From assembly GCA_037445875.1 (NCBI GenBank), contig JBBIJR010000003.1, forward strand, positions 13,109-77,108: a DNA stretch of 64,000 nucleotides. Direction: 5' to 3'. The DNA comes from Bacteroidota bacterium (GTDB lineage: Bacteria > CLD3 > SB21). Positions 1 through 10,067 of the stretch are shown here, in pieces. Under the pieces are notes generated by a model. The model did no database searches, was not told the DNA's origin, and saw nothing but the letters and a program-made list of their open reading frames with translations. Both the position numbers and the translations under genes were made by a program. Every line of letters starts with the position of its first letter. Position 1 is the first letter of the stretch.

Positions 1-108
1 GTCCGAGGCCACATCGTCCTCGAAAATCGATTTCACCTCGTCGCAACCGGCGGCCAGGACCAGCGAAAGACCGCCCGTGATCAACAACCGGAATACGTGG
101 GTACGCAT
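1..108 (-). CDS. N-terminal part of a lipoprotein (signal peptide with lipobox LAAGC); the gene continues beyond the window start
   Basis: Reverse complement reads GGAGGAG RBS, 8-nt spacer, then ATG MRTHVFRLLITGGLSLVLAAGCDE... The ORF runs off the window edge, so only about 36 aa are visible. Confidence 0.35.
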   Translation of the reverse strand, partial: MRTHVFRLLITGGLSLVLAAGCDEVKSIFEDDVASD

Positions 109-292
109 GGTGTGACTCCTCCTCTTGTGACCGGGAAATGGCTGAGTATACTCACAAGCGACGGGCGTGTCAATAGATTCCTTCTTCCCGTCGGTGAAAA
201 ATCGTGGCCTCGTTGAAAACGGTCATGTATATTGCGGCATTCGGCCGCCGCCCGCTCGTGTGGACAGGTTTGGCCGTCAACACGGAGGAACG

Positions 293-973
293 ATGTCCTA
301 CGTTACGATTCGCAGAACCGGCGAACGACTGCCGGTCAGCAAGATCCTTTGCGTCGGCGCCAATTACGCCGATCACATCGCGGAGATGAACCCGGGTAAA
401 CCCGTGGTGAAACCTGTGGAACCCGTGATCTTTATGAAACCGCCGTCGGCCATCGTCCGTGATGGAGGATCCATTCTCATTCCGCGCGGGTCCGGGGAGT
501 TGCACCATGAGGTTGAGTTGGTCGTGGTCATCGGCCGGGAAGGAAAACACCTCACCCGGGATCGTGCGCTGGATCACGTGCTGGGTTTTGCGGTGGGCGT
601 GGATCTGACCCTGCGGGATCTGCAGACGGAGGCGAAGAAAACAGGGCGTCCGTGGACGATTGCCAAGGGCTTTGATACTTCGGCGCTCATCTCCGACGCC
701 GTACTGAGGGAAGAGGTACCCGGACCGGCCTCGTTTGAACTGAAGCTGTCGGTAAATGGAATCGTGCGTCAGCGAGGCCTGACCTCCGGAATGCTCTTCG
801 GCATCCCGGAAATCCTGATTTACGTGTCGACCTTCTTTACGTTGTGCCGCGGCGACTTGATCTATACAGGGACACCGGCCGGTGTCGGACCGCTAAAAGA
901 GGGAGACCGTGTGAAAGCGGAACTGGTGAACCGGGCGGTAGTAGAGGGCGTGGTGGGACACGCGAGCGGTTAA
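293..973 (+). CDS. Fumarylacetoacetate hydrolase (FAH) family protein (2-keto-4-pentenoate hydratase / HpcE-like)
   Basis: ORF 167..973. A GGAGGA RBS precedes ATG at 293 (MSYVTIRR). KILCVGANYADH, VIFMKPPSA and EVELVVVIGR are FAH-family signatures. Confidence 0.85.
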   Translation: MSYVTIRRTGERLPVSKILCVGANYADHIAEMNPGKPVVKPVEPVIFMKPPSAIVRDGGSILIPRGSGELHHEVELVVVIGREGKHLTRDRALDHVLGFAVGVDLTLRDLQTEAKKTGRPWTIAKGFDTSALISDAVLREEVPGPASFELKLSVNGIVRQRGLTSGMLFGIPEILIYVSTFFTLCRGDLIYTGTPAGVGPLKEGDRVKAELVNRAVVEGVVGHASG

Positions 974-2349
974 TCCGTAGCCGTGGACAGCTTCTTCTCC
1001 AGGATCGCAATCAGATCCGGAACGGACTTGCTTCCACCTTCCTCCAGGGCTGCCAGAAAAATCTGGAAGTTCCCGTTCCGGTTGGAGCAAAAGACAATCC
1101 TGGTGCCGTCCGGGGCGAAATGCGGGAACAGGTCGTCCTTGTCGTCAACGGTGATCCGCGTCGGCTCGTTGCCATCCGACTGCATACGATAAATCTCGTA
1201 ATTGCCGTCGCGGTTGGTGGTGAAACAGATGAAGGCGCCGTCGCGGGACATGTTCGGCTGGAAGTCGTTGCCTTTCGATTTGCTCAGATTGACCGGCTCT
1301 TCCTTGCCGTCGGCAGTACCGAGAAAGATCTCGTAGTTACCGTCGCCCTTCTTGCCCGCAAACACGACCTGATGGCCTCCCGGCAGCATGTGCGGGTCCG
1401 TGTAAAACGTCTTCTCATCACCGAATATCTTGAACAGGAAGTTCCCGTCTTTTTCGATACTGTATATGCCGGAGGCCTTGTCCCAGAAGGGGTTGTTGCT
1501 GAAATCGAGCCGGTCGCTGGCAAACACGACGCTCTGGGTATCCACGAACACCGGGTTCCAGTTGTCCGCGCCGTAACTCGTTGTGATCTTTTTCTGGTTC
1601 TTTCCGCTGTTGTCCATGTAGTACACTTCACGGATGGGATACCGCTTGCCCGTCTTGTCCTCACGCGTGGACGAGAACGTGATGAACCGGCCGTCCGGTG
1701 AATAGGCGGGGTTTTCGTCGGCGGAGGCATCGGTGGTCAATCGGGTGACGGAAGCTTCTCCTTGCGATACAACCAACGTGTACACATCCCAGTTGCCGTT
1801 CCGGTTGCTCTGGAATACGATCCGGGAACCGTCGGGGGAGAACGATGGGTCGATGTCGTCGAAAGACGAGGTCGTCAGCGGCGAGATATTGAACGCGCTC
1901 GAGAATCGGGCGGCAATACGGTCTTTGTAGGCCTCTGCCTTGTAGTCTCTCAGCACCTTGAGGTAGCTTTCGTACGCCGAGCGGCGACGATCCATGGCCA
2001 GCAGGAGTTCCGCCCGGGCAAACTGTACATCCATGTTGGTCGGGTCGGTAGTCAGGGATTTGTCCAGATACTTCAGGGCGTAGGGGCGCCGCTGCAGGAG
2101 CAGGTACTCCTGGGCGATGTCGTAGCAGATGCTGGCGCTGCTGTCTTTGTAGTACTGATGAAACAATTCCGTCAACCGGTCACTCAGGGTTTGGGTGGTA
2201 TCCAGCACATACGCAGGTCCCGTGGCTATAGTTGTGTCCCCGACGCCCGATACGAAAGCCGAGTCCTGGGCGCGGACCTGGGGAACCGCCGTGATCAGGA
2301 GAATGGACCATAGGATCCACATGCGGACACGATCCCTGCGCAACGTCAT
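970..2349 (-). CDS. TolB-like periplasmic protein: N-terminal TPR region plus WD40-like (PD40) beta-propeller repeats
   Basis: ORF 970..2394. Start at MTLRRDRVRMWILW..., a signal peptide with a GGAGG RBS upstream. Repeated PxFSPDGxxIxFxS (PD40) motifs throughout. Confidence 0.75.
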   Translation of the reverse strand: MTLRRDRVRMWILWSILLITAVPQVRAQDSAFVSGVGDTTIATGPAYVLDTTQTLSDRLTELFHQYYKDSSASICYDIAQEYLLLQRRPYALKYLDKSLTTDPTNMDVQFARAELLLAMDRRRSAYESYLKVLRDYKAEAYKDRIAARFSSAFNISPLTTSSFDDIDPSFSPDGSRIVFQSNRNGNWDVYTLVVSQGEASVTRLTTDASADENPAYSPDGRFITFSSTREDKTGKRYPIREVYYMDNSGKNQKKITTSYGADNWNPVFVDTQSVVFASDRLDFSNNPFWDKASGIYSIEKDGNFLFKIFGDEKTFYTDPHMLPGGHQVVFAGKKGDGNYEIFLGTADGKEEPVNLSKSKGNDFQPNMSRDGAFICFTTNRDGNYEIYRMQSDGNEPTRITVDDKDDLFPHFAPDGTRIVFCSNRNGNFQIFLAALEEGGSKSVPDLIAILEKKLSTATD

Positions 2350-2585
2350 TGGAACGTCAACCTCCATAAGGGTCTTTGGACATGAGTAACGCAAAATGTT
2401 AGGGAAAAGGACCTATAAATGCAAGCGCTTTTTAGGCTTACACACGAGGGGAACTTGTCCGCCGCCGGCACGTTTAAATGCCGTGCAGAACTTTTCTGTT
2501 TTTAATGTCCCCGCCTTTCATATATTGGCAACCGTCTTGCGATACCCGCACGCTTTACGTTGACGAATCAAGAAAGGGTTTTCTC

Positions 2586-4472
2586 ATGCAGGAACTGAAC
2601 CATGAATGGATTGGGATCGTGCTTTTGATGGTGCTGACGGTACAGGCCGCATTTGCCGATGAAAAGGACCGAAGCAAGATCCCGGACCGGTACAAATGGA
2701 ACCTCGCCGACCTCTATGCCTCCGACGAAGAGTGGACCGCCGCCAGGGAACTCCTGGGCAAGGACATCGGAGGTCTGGCCGCCTACAAAGGCACGCTGGC
2801 CCAGTCTCCCTCGCGATTGGCAGGCTGTCTGGACCTGTACTTCCATTTGGCCCAGCGCTATTCCAAGATATACGTCTATGCGTCGATGAGCTCCGACCAG
2901 GACACAAGGGTCTCCAGGTACCTCGCCATGCAGCAGGAGATGAGTCAGCTTGGGGCGACGTTCTCCGCGGAGGCGGCGTTCATCGAACCGGAGATCCTGG
3001 CGATGGACAGGGCCGTGCTGGACGGATTGGTGAAAAGCGAAAAGAAGCTGGACGTCTATCGCCACTATCTCGATGACATCGTGCGGCGTAAGGCCCACAC
3101 GGGTTCGGCCGGAGAGGAAAAGATCATCGCCGATGCCGGACTGATGTCGGACGCCCCGGGCACGATCTACAACATCTTCTCGAACGCGGAATTTCCCTAT
3201 CCCGAAGTGACCTTGAGCGACGGCAAGACGGTACGGCTCGATCCATCCGCCTTCAGTTTCCACCGGACGCTGACGAACCGCGACGACCGCAAGAAGGTTT
3301 TTGCCGCCTACTTCAGCAAGCTCAACGAATTCCGCCGTACGTACGGAACGCAGCTCTTCTCCCAGATCAAGCGGGACCTGTTCTACATGCGCGCTCGGAA
3401 CTACGCCTCAACCCTTGAAAGTGCCCTCGATGCCAACCACGTTCCGGTCGAAGTCTACCACAGCCTGATCGGAAACGTGAACGCCAACCTCGCCACGTTT
3501 CATCGCTATTTGAAACTCAGGCAGCGCATCCTGGGTGTCGATCAACTGCATTATTACGACCTCTACGCTCCGTTGTTGTCGAACGTGGATTTGCAGTATG
3601 AGGTAGAAGACGCGCAGAAACACGTGCTGGCCTCCCTGAAACCGCTCGGTACGGACTACGTGGAAACCGTTCAGAAAGCCTTCAACGAACGCTGGATCGA
3701 TATGTATCCGACGGAAGGCAAGCAGAGCGGGGCGTATTCCAACGGCGGCGCCTACGACGTGCATCCCTATATCCTGATGAACTACAACGGCACCTATAAC
3801 GACGTGAGTACGCTGATCCACGAATTGGGCCACACGATGCACAGTTACTATTCCAACAAGAACCAGCCGTACGTCAACGCCCAGTATCCGATCTTTCTGG
3901 CCGAAGTGGCCTCGACCTTCAACGAAGCGCTGCTCATCGACCACATGTTGAAGAACATCAAGGACGATCAGGTTCGTCTCTCGCTGCTGGGCAACTATCT
4001 GGAGGGCATCAAGGGAACGGTCTTCCGGCAGACGCAGTTCGCCGAATTTGAACTTAAGATCCACGAGCTGGCCGAGAAGGGCGAGGCCCTGACCGGCGAC
4101 CGCTTCAACGAGATTTACGAGGAGATCACGAAGAAATATTACGGCCACGACAAAGGCGTATGCATCGTGGACGACGAAATAAAGGCCGAGTGGATGTTCA
4201 TCCCTCATTTCTATTACAACTACTACGTCTTCCAGTATGCCACGTCGTTCACCGCTTCGCAGGCCCTGTCGGAGAAGGCGTTGGCCGGTGATCAAGACGC
4301 GGTTAGGAAGTACAAGTCGTTCCTGTCGGCGGGAGGTTCGGATTACCCGATCCAGCTGCTCAAGACCGCCGGCGTGGACATGACCACGTCCGAGCCGTTC
4401 GATCTGACGATGAAAAAAATGAACCGGGTGATGGACGAGATGGAGGCGATACTGAAGAAGATGGGGAAGTAG
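2586..4472 (+). CDS. pepF: Oligoendopeptidase F (M3B family metallopeptidase) with N-terminal signal peptide
   Basis: ORF 2478..4472. HELGHTMH zinc-binding HEXXH motif. Signal-like N-terminus MQELNHEWIGIVLLMVLTVQAAFA. Confidence 0.85.
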   Translation: MQELNHEWIGIVLLMVLTVQAAFADEKDRSKIPDRYKWNLADLYASDEEWTAARELLGKDIGGLAAYKGTLAQSPSRLAGCLDLYFHLAQRYSKIYVYASMSSDQDTRVSRYLAMQQEMSQLGATFSAEAAFIEPEILAMDRAVLDGLVKSEKKLDVYRHYLDDIVRRKAHTGSAGEEKIIADAGLMSDAPGTIYNIFSNAEFPYPEVTLSDGKTVRLDPSAFSFHRTLTNRDDRKKVFAAYFSKLNEFRRTYGTQLFSQIKRDLFYMRARNYASTLESALDANHVPVEVYHSLIGNVNANLATFHRYLKLRQRILGVDQLHYYDLYAPLLSNVDLQYEVEDAQKHVLASLKPLGTDYVETVQKAFNERWIDMYPTEGKQSGAYSNGGAYDVHPYILMNYNGTYNDVSTLIHELGHTMHSYYSNKNQPYVNAQYPIFLAEVASTFNEALLIDHMLKNIKDDQVRLSLLGNYLEGIKGTVFRQTQFAEFELKIHELAEKGEALTGDRFNEIYEEITKKYYGHDKGVCIVDDEIKAEWMFIPHFYYNYYVFQYATSFTASQALSEKALAGDQDAVRKYKSFLSAGGSDYPIQLLKTAGVDMTTSEPFDLTMKKMNRVMDEMEAILKKMGK

Positions 4473-4542
4473 ATTCCCGCCAATAAGTGACCGCCTCGCC
4501 GGACGGTGACCGGGAACTCTTGACTGTAAACGTTTCGCGAGC

Positions 4543-4580
4543 AAAAAAACCCGCCAGGTCAGACCCGGCGGGTTTTTTCT
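4543..4580. terminator. Bidirectional rho-independent terminator between convergent pepF and the BNR-repeat gene
   Basis: GC-rich hairpin cccgccaggtc..agacccggcggg, flanked by an A-run 5' and a T-run 3' (aaaaaaa / ttttttc). Confidence 0.6.
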
Positions 4581-4600
4581 TGCGAGGTCCTTGTGGTTTT

Positions 4601-6418
4601 TTATCTGCCCCGGAAAATGCCGCTTCCGTTGGTTCCCGCAAAGACCCGTCCATCCGCACCGGCGACCAGACACAGGACATCCGGATGGAGGAGCCCGTCG
4701 TCGTTCAGCGTCCACGTGTCGGCACCGTTGGTCGACAGGAAAACACCCTCCGGCGTTCCCGCAAAAAGGTCTCCGTCCGGTGTGACCACCAGGGCGTTTA
4801 TGATGTCCGAAGTCAGGTTGTAGCTGCTGTGCGACCATGTGCTGGAGCCGGTCACGTAGCGGAAAATGCCGCCGAAGGAAGTACCGGCGAACAACGTGCC
4901 GCCCGAATTCATGGCCAGTGCGTTGACCGTCCCGTCCGGCAGCCCTTCGTTCATTTCCGTCCAGCTGGCGCCGTTGTCCGTCGAGCGGAAGACGCCGTCG
5001 TTTTCCAGTCCGGCGTACAATGCTCCCGTCCCATCGATCAGAATGGCCTTGATCCGGTTCCCGGTCAAACCGGCATTGACGGCGGTCCAGTTGGTTCCGT
5101 TGTTGGTGGACCGGAATACTCCGCCGCCGTTCGTACCGGCAAAAACGTGGCCGCTTGCGTTAACGGCGAGCGCGTTGATGCGATCGTTGGACAGGCCGGA
5201 GTTGATGGCGACCCAGCTGTTCCCGCCGGTTGCAGAGAAGAACGCGCCGTCGCCGTTGGTTCCGAGAAAGATGCCGGACGCGTTCATCGCGAGGGACCGT
5301 GTGTCCAGGGTGCTCAGGCCCGAGTTGGCCTGTGTCCACGAACGTCCGTTATCGGACGAATGGAATACGCCCGATTGCGTGGCGGCAAACAACCGTCCCG
5401 ACGGATCGAACGCCATCGCCCGAACCCGCGTGCTCATCAGGCCGCTGTTGCCCTCGGCCCAGACATTGCCGTTATCGGTGGATCGAAAGATTCCGCTGCC
5501 GTTCGTCCCCGCCAGGATGACATCCGGCTCACGGTAGGCGAGGGAACGGGTTTCTGGATTCGTCAGGCCGATGCTGACGGGAATCCACGAGTTGGCCGTA
5601 TCGACGGACCGGAAGACTCCGTCCGACTCGGTCCCCGCCAGCAACGCTCCCGTGGGCGTGACCAGGATCGAACGGATGACGTCGTTACCGGTGATACCCG
5701 AACCGGCCGGCTGCCAGGTGCTGCCGTTGTCGGTGGAGCGAAAGACCGCATCGCCGTCCGTTCCGGCGAAGAGTACATCTCCGGCATTGATCGCGATTGT
5801 GTGAATCACATCATCGGTCAGCCCGGTCGTGAGTTGGGTCCAGGTGAGACCCTGGTCCATGGACCGGTACACGTAATCTCCATCGGTGGCGGCAAAGAGG
5901 TCCCCGTTTGAATTGATCACGACCGCGGTGATGTTCCTGTTTTCCAGGTCGGCGCTGATCCGCGTCCACGTCATGCCCAGGTCCGTCGACTCGAAGATGC
6001 CCTGTCCATCGATACCTGCGAGGATGGAACCGCCGGTCACGGTCAGGCTGAGCACGGCGTCGCCGAAGGTGGCGGCCTGCGTCCACGTGCTGCCGCCGTT
6101 GCGCGAAACGAAGATCTCACCCGTGTTTGTCCCGGCAAATAAACGCCCGTCGCTGATCGTGATGGAGCGGATATCGTTCTCGATGAGGTCGAGGCGCGTC
6201 CAGGTCTGGCCGCCGTCTTTGGATCGAAACAGTCCGTCGGACGTTCCGGCATAAGCGGTACCGTTGGAGCCCACGTAGAGCGTGTTCAGCACGGCGCCGA
6301 ACGGTCCTCCGGCGCTGCTCCAGTAAGTTCCATCCTTGCCGTCTCCGCACCCGGCATACAGAAATGCGCAAAGAGCGATTAGCAAGGCCGGATGGATGGG
6401 TCGTACCAAGCGGATCAT
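4601..6418 (-). CDS. BNR/Asp-box (Ycf48- or sortilin-like) repeat beta-propeller lipoprotein
   Basis: ORF 4601..6472. AAGGAG RBS before MIRLV. Lipobox FLYAGC. More than 12 repeats of the S-x-D-x-G-x-T-W motif. The antisense ORF 4487..5911 is rejected. Confidence 0.8.
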   Translation of the reverse strand: MIRLVRPIHPALLIALCAFLYAGCGDGKDGTYWSSAGGPFGAVLNTLYVGSNGTAYAGTSDGLFRSKDGGQTWTRLDLIENDIRSITISDGRLFAGTNTGEIFVSRNGGSTWTQAATFGDAVLSLTVTGGSILAGIDGQGIFESTDLGMTWTRISADLENRNITAVVINSNGDLFAATDGDYVYRSMDQGLTWTQLTTGLTDDVIHTIAINAGDVLFAGTDGDAVFRSTDNGSTWQPAGSGITGNDVIRSILVTPTGALLAGTESDGVFRSVDTANSWIPVSIGLTNPETRSLAYREPDVILAGTNGSGIFRSTDNGNVWAEGNSGLMSTRVRAMAFDPSGRLFAATQSGVFHSSDNGRSWTQANSGLSTLDTRSLAMNASGIFLGTNGDGAFFSATGGNSWVAINSGLSNDRINALAVNASGHVFAGTNGGGVFRSTNNGTNWTAVNAGLTGNRIKAILIDGTGALYAGLENDGVFRSTDNGASWTEMNEGLPDGTVNALAMNSGGTLFAGTSFGGIFRYVTGSSTWSHSSYNLTSDIINALVVTPDGDLFAGTPEGVFLSTNGADTWTLNDDGLLHPDVLCLVAGADGRVFAGTNGSGIFRGR

Positions 6419-6779
6419 GACTGCTCCTTTGTCTTCCATGTTAAGAAATTTGATGTGGGCCCGTGAATCCATCGGGAAAAGTATGCGAGGTTTCTCGGTG
6501 TTCCTGCACTTGCGTTGCTACCCTGGATATCTTGCACTTCCTGGGTCGTGCTCGGCCTGACGCCGGCCGGCTTTGTCGGGCGGTGTGTTCTGTCGAACGA
6601 ACAAAGACATTTTGGGCGGGGTCGACTCCTGTGCCCGATCTGCCGTCGCAGGAAACGGCGTGTGGATCTGTGTCGAGAACCGGATGAATCGAGAACCGTA
6701 AGGTGCAGGGAAGCGTAAGGAAGAAGCCGCACGGCCACTGTGACGGGCGTCACAATGAGGAGGTCCAGGATTCATCGGA

Positions 6780-8678
6780 CTAGTTTTCGCTCACGACAAT
6801 GATCTTGTCCTCGGGCTCAAAGGTCACGGTGTCCGACTTCCTCGGATTGACCACGATCCCGTAGGCCTTGCCCGGGTCCTCCTCATACCGATGGAGCCGG
6901 TAACCGATGACGGACTCGTTCTTCTGCAATGCGGACTCGGCCACAGTGTAGAAATCCACCGCGACTCCGGTGCGGACGTAGTTGGAGACGGGCTTGATAT
7001 AGATCTCGTTGCCTTCCTCGTCGAACAGGTCGTCGTACACGGCCTTCAGGTCCCGGTTCTCCGACAGCTGGGCCAGCATCAGGCTGGTCAGCTTGTCGCT
7101 GACGATGAAATCGTTCACGCGCGTGACCGTGGCCAGTTCGCGGTTGCGTAGATCGAGCATTTCGCTCACGATATTGACCGGACGGCCGCTGCGGTCGATC
7201 ATGTCGCGCAGGTGGAGCAGGGTGATCAGCGTGAGGGAATCCGCTTCCTGGGGAGGAATATCGTCGTAACACAGCAGGACGACGTTCTGGAAGTCGAAGA
7301 TGCCGAGTTCCTCCAGGATCTCCCGGTCTGTGGTGTCGGCCCTTCGGAACGTGACGGTTTGTCTGTTGAGATGCGTTTTCAGCCGCTCGACGGCTTCGCC
7401 GACGGCTTCCGAGCGGGCGACAACGACCGCTTCCGAACCGGGCGTCACGTAGTCGTCGAGGTTCATGATAATGGACGGGGCTTTGTGGTTCCAGCCCAGG
7501 AGCAGCGTACGTTCCTTGCGCGGGGAAGGGGGTGTTCCGCTGGTGATAGCGTCGCGCCGGATTTCGGGCGGTGGTCCTCCGGAAAGCCGGACCGTATCGT
7601 CGTCCTCCGATATGGCGATCACCGAGTCGCCGGACTCGACCTTCGTATCGGGCGCAGGGTTCAGTACGACGGCTCCGTTCTTTCGCTGAAGGCCCATGAT
7701 CGCGGAGTCTTCGTAACCGAGCACGGCCTCGCGGTACGTCTTGCCGGCCAGCGCGGGTTCCTGCTGGAAGTAGATCTCCACGCCTTCGAAATCGAGCAAT
7801 TCCGAATACACCACGCTGAGGCCGCTGTGGCGGCACGTCTGGACGGTGATCCGGGAGATCAGGTCGTCCGACATCAGGACGCAAAGTTCATCCTTGCCCA
7901 CCATCTGGGCCACCGGTAGGTTCTCCGGATGCTGGATTTCGGCCACGATGTGGTACTTTTCTTTCTTGCGTCGAGGATTGTTCACGAGTGCGAGGATCGA
8001 CTTGATGACCTGCGCATCGGCGTTCTCGTCCTCCGGGGATAGGATGATGATCGACCGGGCCGCATTGGGATTGGCGATATGGAGGTGGTCCATGTCGATG
8101 GCCGTACCGCTGCGGCAGATGACGCGTGTATTGCGCGTGTCCGGGATTTTGAGGCGCAGTTCCTCCTCCATTTCCACCTTGTCCCGGTCGGCGAGGATCA
8201 CGATGACCGCGTTGCGCCGGTTGCTGTTGGCCACGATCAGCTCGCCGATGATGGAAAAGATCTTCGACGACCAGCTGAGGATCAGCGTGTGGTCGGTTTC
8301 CACGACGAACGAGCGTCCTTTGCGGAGTTCATCGAGTTTGGTTTCGATGGCGGAGGTGACGATACCGATGAGGATGCTGACGAGGAAGATGCCGACTATG
8401 GTCATGAGCAGCATGAGCAGGCGCGGCCCCCAGGCCTCGTCTCCCGACAGGTTGCCCGCATCGAGCGTGCGCATGAGGCTCTTCCAGAACAGCTGGAGAA
8501 AATTGGCCTCCTCGGTCTCCTCGGTGATGCCCAGGACGGTGGCGATACCGGCCACGATGGCGGTGGCGGCCAGCGAAATGATGGCCAGCCACTTGATCAG
8601 GGCGACCGTTCCGGCGGACATCGTGTTGTCGAACCGGTAGCGCCATCGCTGGCTCAGGGAGATGCGGGACTCCTCCAT
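6780..8678 (-). CDS. CASTOR/POLLUX-related putative ion channel: two N-terminal TM helices plus tandem RCK/TrkA-like domains
   Basis: ORF 6780..8711. Start chosen at the second ATG (MEESR), which has a GGAGGAG RBS 9 nt upstream. TM segments LIKWLAIISLAATAIVAGIATVLGI and LLMLLMTIVGIFLVSILIGIVTSAI. The cytosolic part is RCK-like. Confidence 0.65.
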   Translation of the reverse strand: MEESRISLSQRWRYRFDNTMSAGTVALIKWLAIISLAATAIVAGIATVLGITEETEEANFLQLFWKSLMRTLDAGNLSGDEAWGPRLLMLLMTIVGIFLVSILIGIVTSAIETKLDELRKGRSFVVETDHTLILSWSSKIFSIIGELIVANSNRRNAVIVILADRDKVEMEEELRLKIPDTRNTRVICRSGTAIDMDHLHIANPNAARSIIILSPEDENADAQVIKSILALVNNPRRKKEKYHIVAEIQHPENLPVAQMVGKDELCVLMSDDLISRITVQTCRHSGLSVVYSELLDFEGVEIYFQQEPALAGKTYREAVLGYEDSAIMGLQRKNGAVVLNPAPDTKVESGDSVIAISEDDDTVRLSGGPPPEIRRDAITSGTPPSPRKERTLLLGWNHKAPSIIMNLDDYVTPGSEAVVVARSEAVGEAVERLKTHLNRQTVTFRRADTTDREILEELGIFDFQNVVLLCYDDIPPQEADSLTLITLLHLRDMIDRSGRPVNIVSEMLDLRNRELATVTRVNDFIVSDKLTSLMLAQLSENRDLKAVYDDLFDEEGNEIYIKPVSNYVRTGVAVDFYTVAESALQKNESVIGYRLHRYEEDPGKAYGIVVNPRKSDTVTFEPEDKIIVVSEN

Positions 8679-8946
8679 GGTTAGGCTCCTCCTCGATATG
8701 GATGCGGTCATCGGAACGACCCGCCCGGCTCAATGGCCGCGGGCAGGTTCATAGACAGGCGGTTACGCGGACGATCCTGCGAGGCACGAATCGTCACGAC
8801 GGAGAAAGATGAGGTATTTTCGTGTAAACGGCAATGGGAAATGTATCGGAGAATCCCTCGACACGAGAGCCGAAAGGAGAGATTGACACGCGGAGGTATC
8901 ATAAAAAGAGTAGTTTGCCCGATTCTTGAAATCGTCCTAGCTTCGG

Positions 8947-9461
8947 ATGGAGAGTCTCGAAGATGAAAGGCAATTTGACACATTCCAGATTGAAAGGGAA
9001 ATCACTTCGCCGGACAGCAACCGCAAGATCATCGCCGAATTGGCCAAGTACGCCCTGTTCTTCGAACAGGAAAGAGGACGTTTCCCCAAGACGCTGATCT
9101 TCGCGACCAATGATACTCAGCACGTCTCTCATGCCGATACGATTGTTCAAATGTGCAAGGAGACCTTTCATCGGGGAGATGATTTTGTCATGAAGATTAC
9201 GGGCAATCCCAACGTGGACCGTCCGCTCGAAAAACTGCGCCGATGGATCGTGTCTTCAAAGACAAATCTCTGACGGAAGAGCAACATATCTGGATCGACT
9301 ATATCAAAGAATTCCAGATTCAGAATCTGACCATTGAAGAACAGGATTTGAAAGACGCTCCGATCTTTGAGCGGCATGGCGGGCTTGCAAAATGTAAGAA
9401 AGTTTTCAAGACCGACTACAAGTCTCTGATACAACAAATCAATACAGCAATTGCTGCGTAA
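8947..9461 (+). pseudogene. hsdR: Remnant of a type I restriction enzyme R subunit (hsdR): a helicase C-terminal fragment and an EcoEI_R_C-like C-terminal fragment in two overlapping frames
   Basis: ORFs 8947..9273 (..KTLIFATNDTQHVSHADTIV..KITGNPNVDRPLEKLRRW) and 9243..9461 (EcoEI_R_C-like DRVFKDKSLTEEQHIWIDYIKEF..). The roughly 700 aa of N-terminal nuclease/helicase core are absent, and the two pieces are in different frames. Confidence 0.5.
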
Positions 9462-9471
9462 TTGTTGCGTG

Positions 9472-9500
9472 GATAGAGAACCCCATCGGGGTTCTCTATC
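9472..9500. repeat. Perfect 13-bp-stem palindrome (gatagagaacccc atc ggggttctctatc) just after the hsdR remnant; a REP-like CCCC/GGGG family member or terminator
   Basis: Self-complementarity read directly from the sequence. The outer gtggat/atccac arms extend the stem. Confidence 0.6.
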
Positions 9501-9526
9501 TGTAGTCATCCACGAATTAGAAGACA

Positions 9527-10036
9527 TTTAAACCCCGTAGGGGTTTTATTTCAAGGCCAAATACCTATTCACCAATCTACATCCACATCGTATTTTGTCC
9601 GAAGGGACGCGCCAATCTGATTCCGCAAGAGCATGAGGAGGAATTGTACAAGTACATCACGGGCATCGTAAGAAATAGAAACCAAAACTACTTGCGATCA
9701 ACGGCATGCCGGATCATGTTCATATCCTTCTCGGGCTTAAACCCGACATAGCCGTGTCCGATCTGGTGCGCGATGTCAAACATTTTTCGAGCACGTTTAT
9801 CAATGATAAAAAGTGGCTTTGCGGCAAGTTCAACTGGCAGGAAGGATTCGGTGCGTTTTCATATTCGCGATCTCAAATCAGTTCGGTCGCCGAATACATA
9901 AAGAACCAGAAAGAACATCATCGGAAACGGTCGTTTCGAGAGGAATGCTTTGGGATCCTGAATGAATCTGGGGTCGAATATGATGAGAAATATCTCTTCG
10001 AATGGATTGAATGACATAAAACCCCTACGGGGTTTG
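9527..10036 (+). mobile_element. Decayed IS200/IS605-family (RAYT-like) element: Y1 transposase pseudogene flanked by oppositely oriented hairpins
   Basis: aaaccccgtaggggttt at about 9530..9546 and its reverse complement aaacccctacggggttt at about 10018..10035 bracket the tnpA remnant. Confidence 0.6.
9560..10014 (+). pseudogene. tnpA: IS200-like / REP-associated tyrosine transposase (Y1 HUH transposase), N-terminally truncated and frameshifted
   Basis: A frame with no start codon reads ..YIHIVFCPKGRANLIPQEHEEELYKYITGIVRNRNQ. The frame then shifts near 9677 into ORF 9706..10014 (KLLAINGMPDHVHILL HUH motif..; catalytic Tyr context AEYIKNQKEHH). The whole is collinear with Salmonella IS200 TnpA. 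Confidence 0.7.
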
Positions 10037-10067
10037 TGATCCTATGACTTCGATGCTTTACAGACAT

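Noticed and set aside
3408-4838. Long antisense ORFs throughout the window. Examples: 3408..4838(-), 4487..5911(+), 11263..12495(-), 14853..16220(-), 19010..21019(-), 22393..23700(-), 30800..32458(-), 33524..35443(-), 36200..37381(-), 45616..46584(-), 49229..50482(-), 57021..59159(+), 59247..60746(+).
   Set aside because: Each lies opposite a gene with strong domain evidence (pepF HEXXH, BNR repeats, arginase, valS, ABC, kinase, sigma54 EBP, uvrA and so on). Their translations are Arg/Gly/Pro-rich with no motifs, the typical artefact of stop-codon-poor GC-rich DNA.
9706-10014. Calling ORF 9706..10014 an intact small transposase.
   Set aside because: The N-terminal third of the IS200 fold, including the first catalytic-core strands, is encoded in another frame upstream with no start codon, so the gene is frameshifted and truncated.
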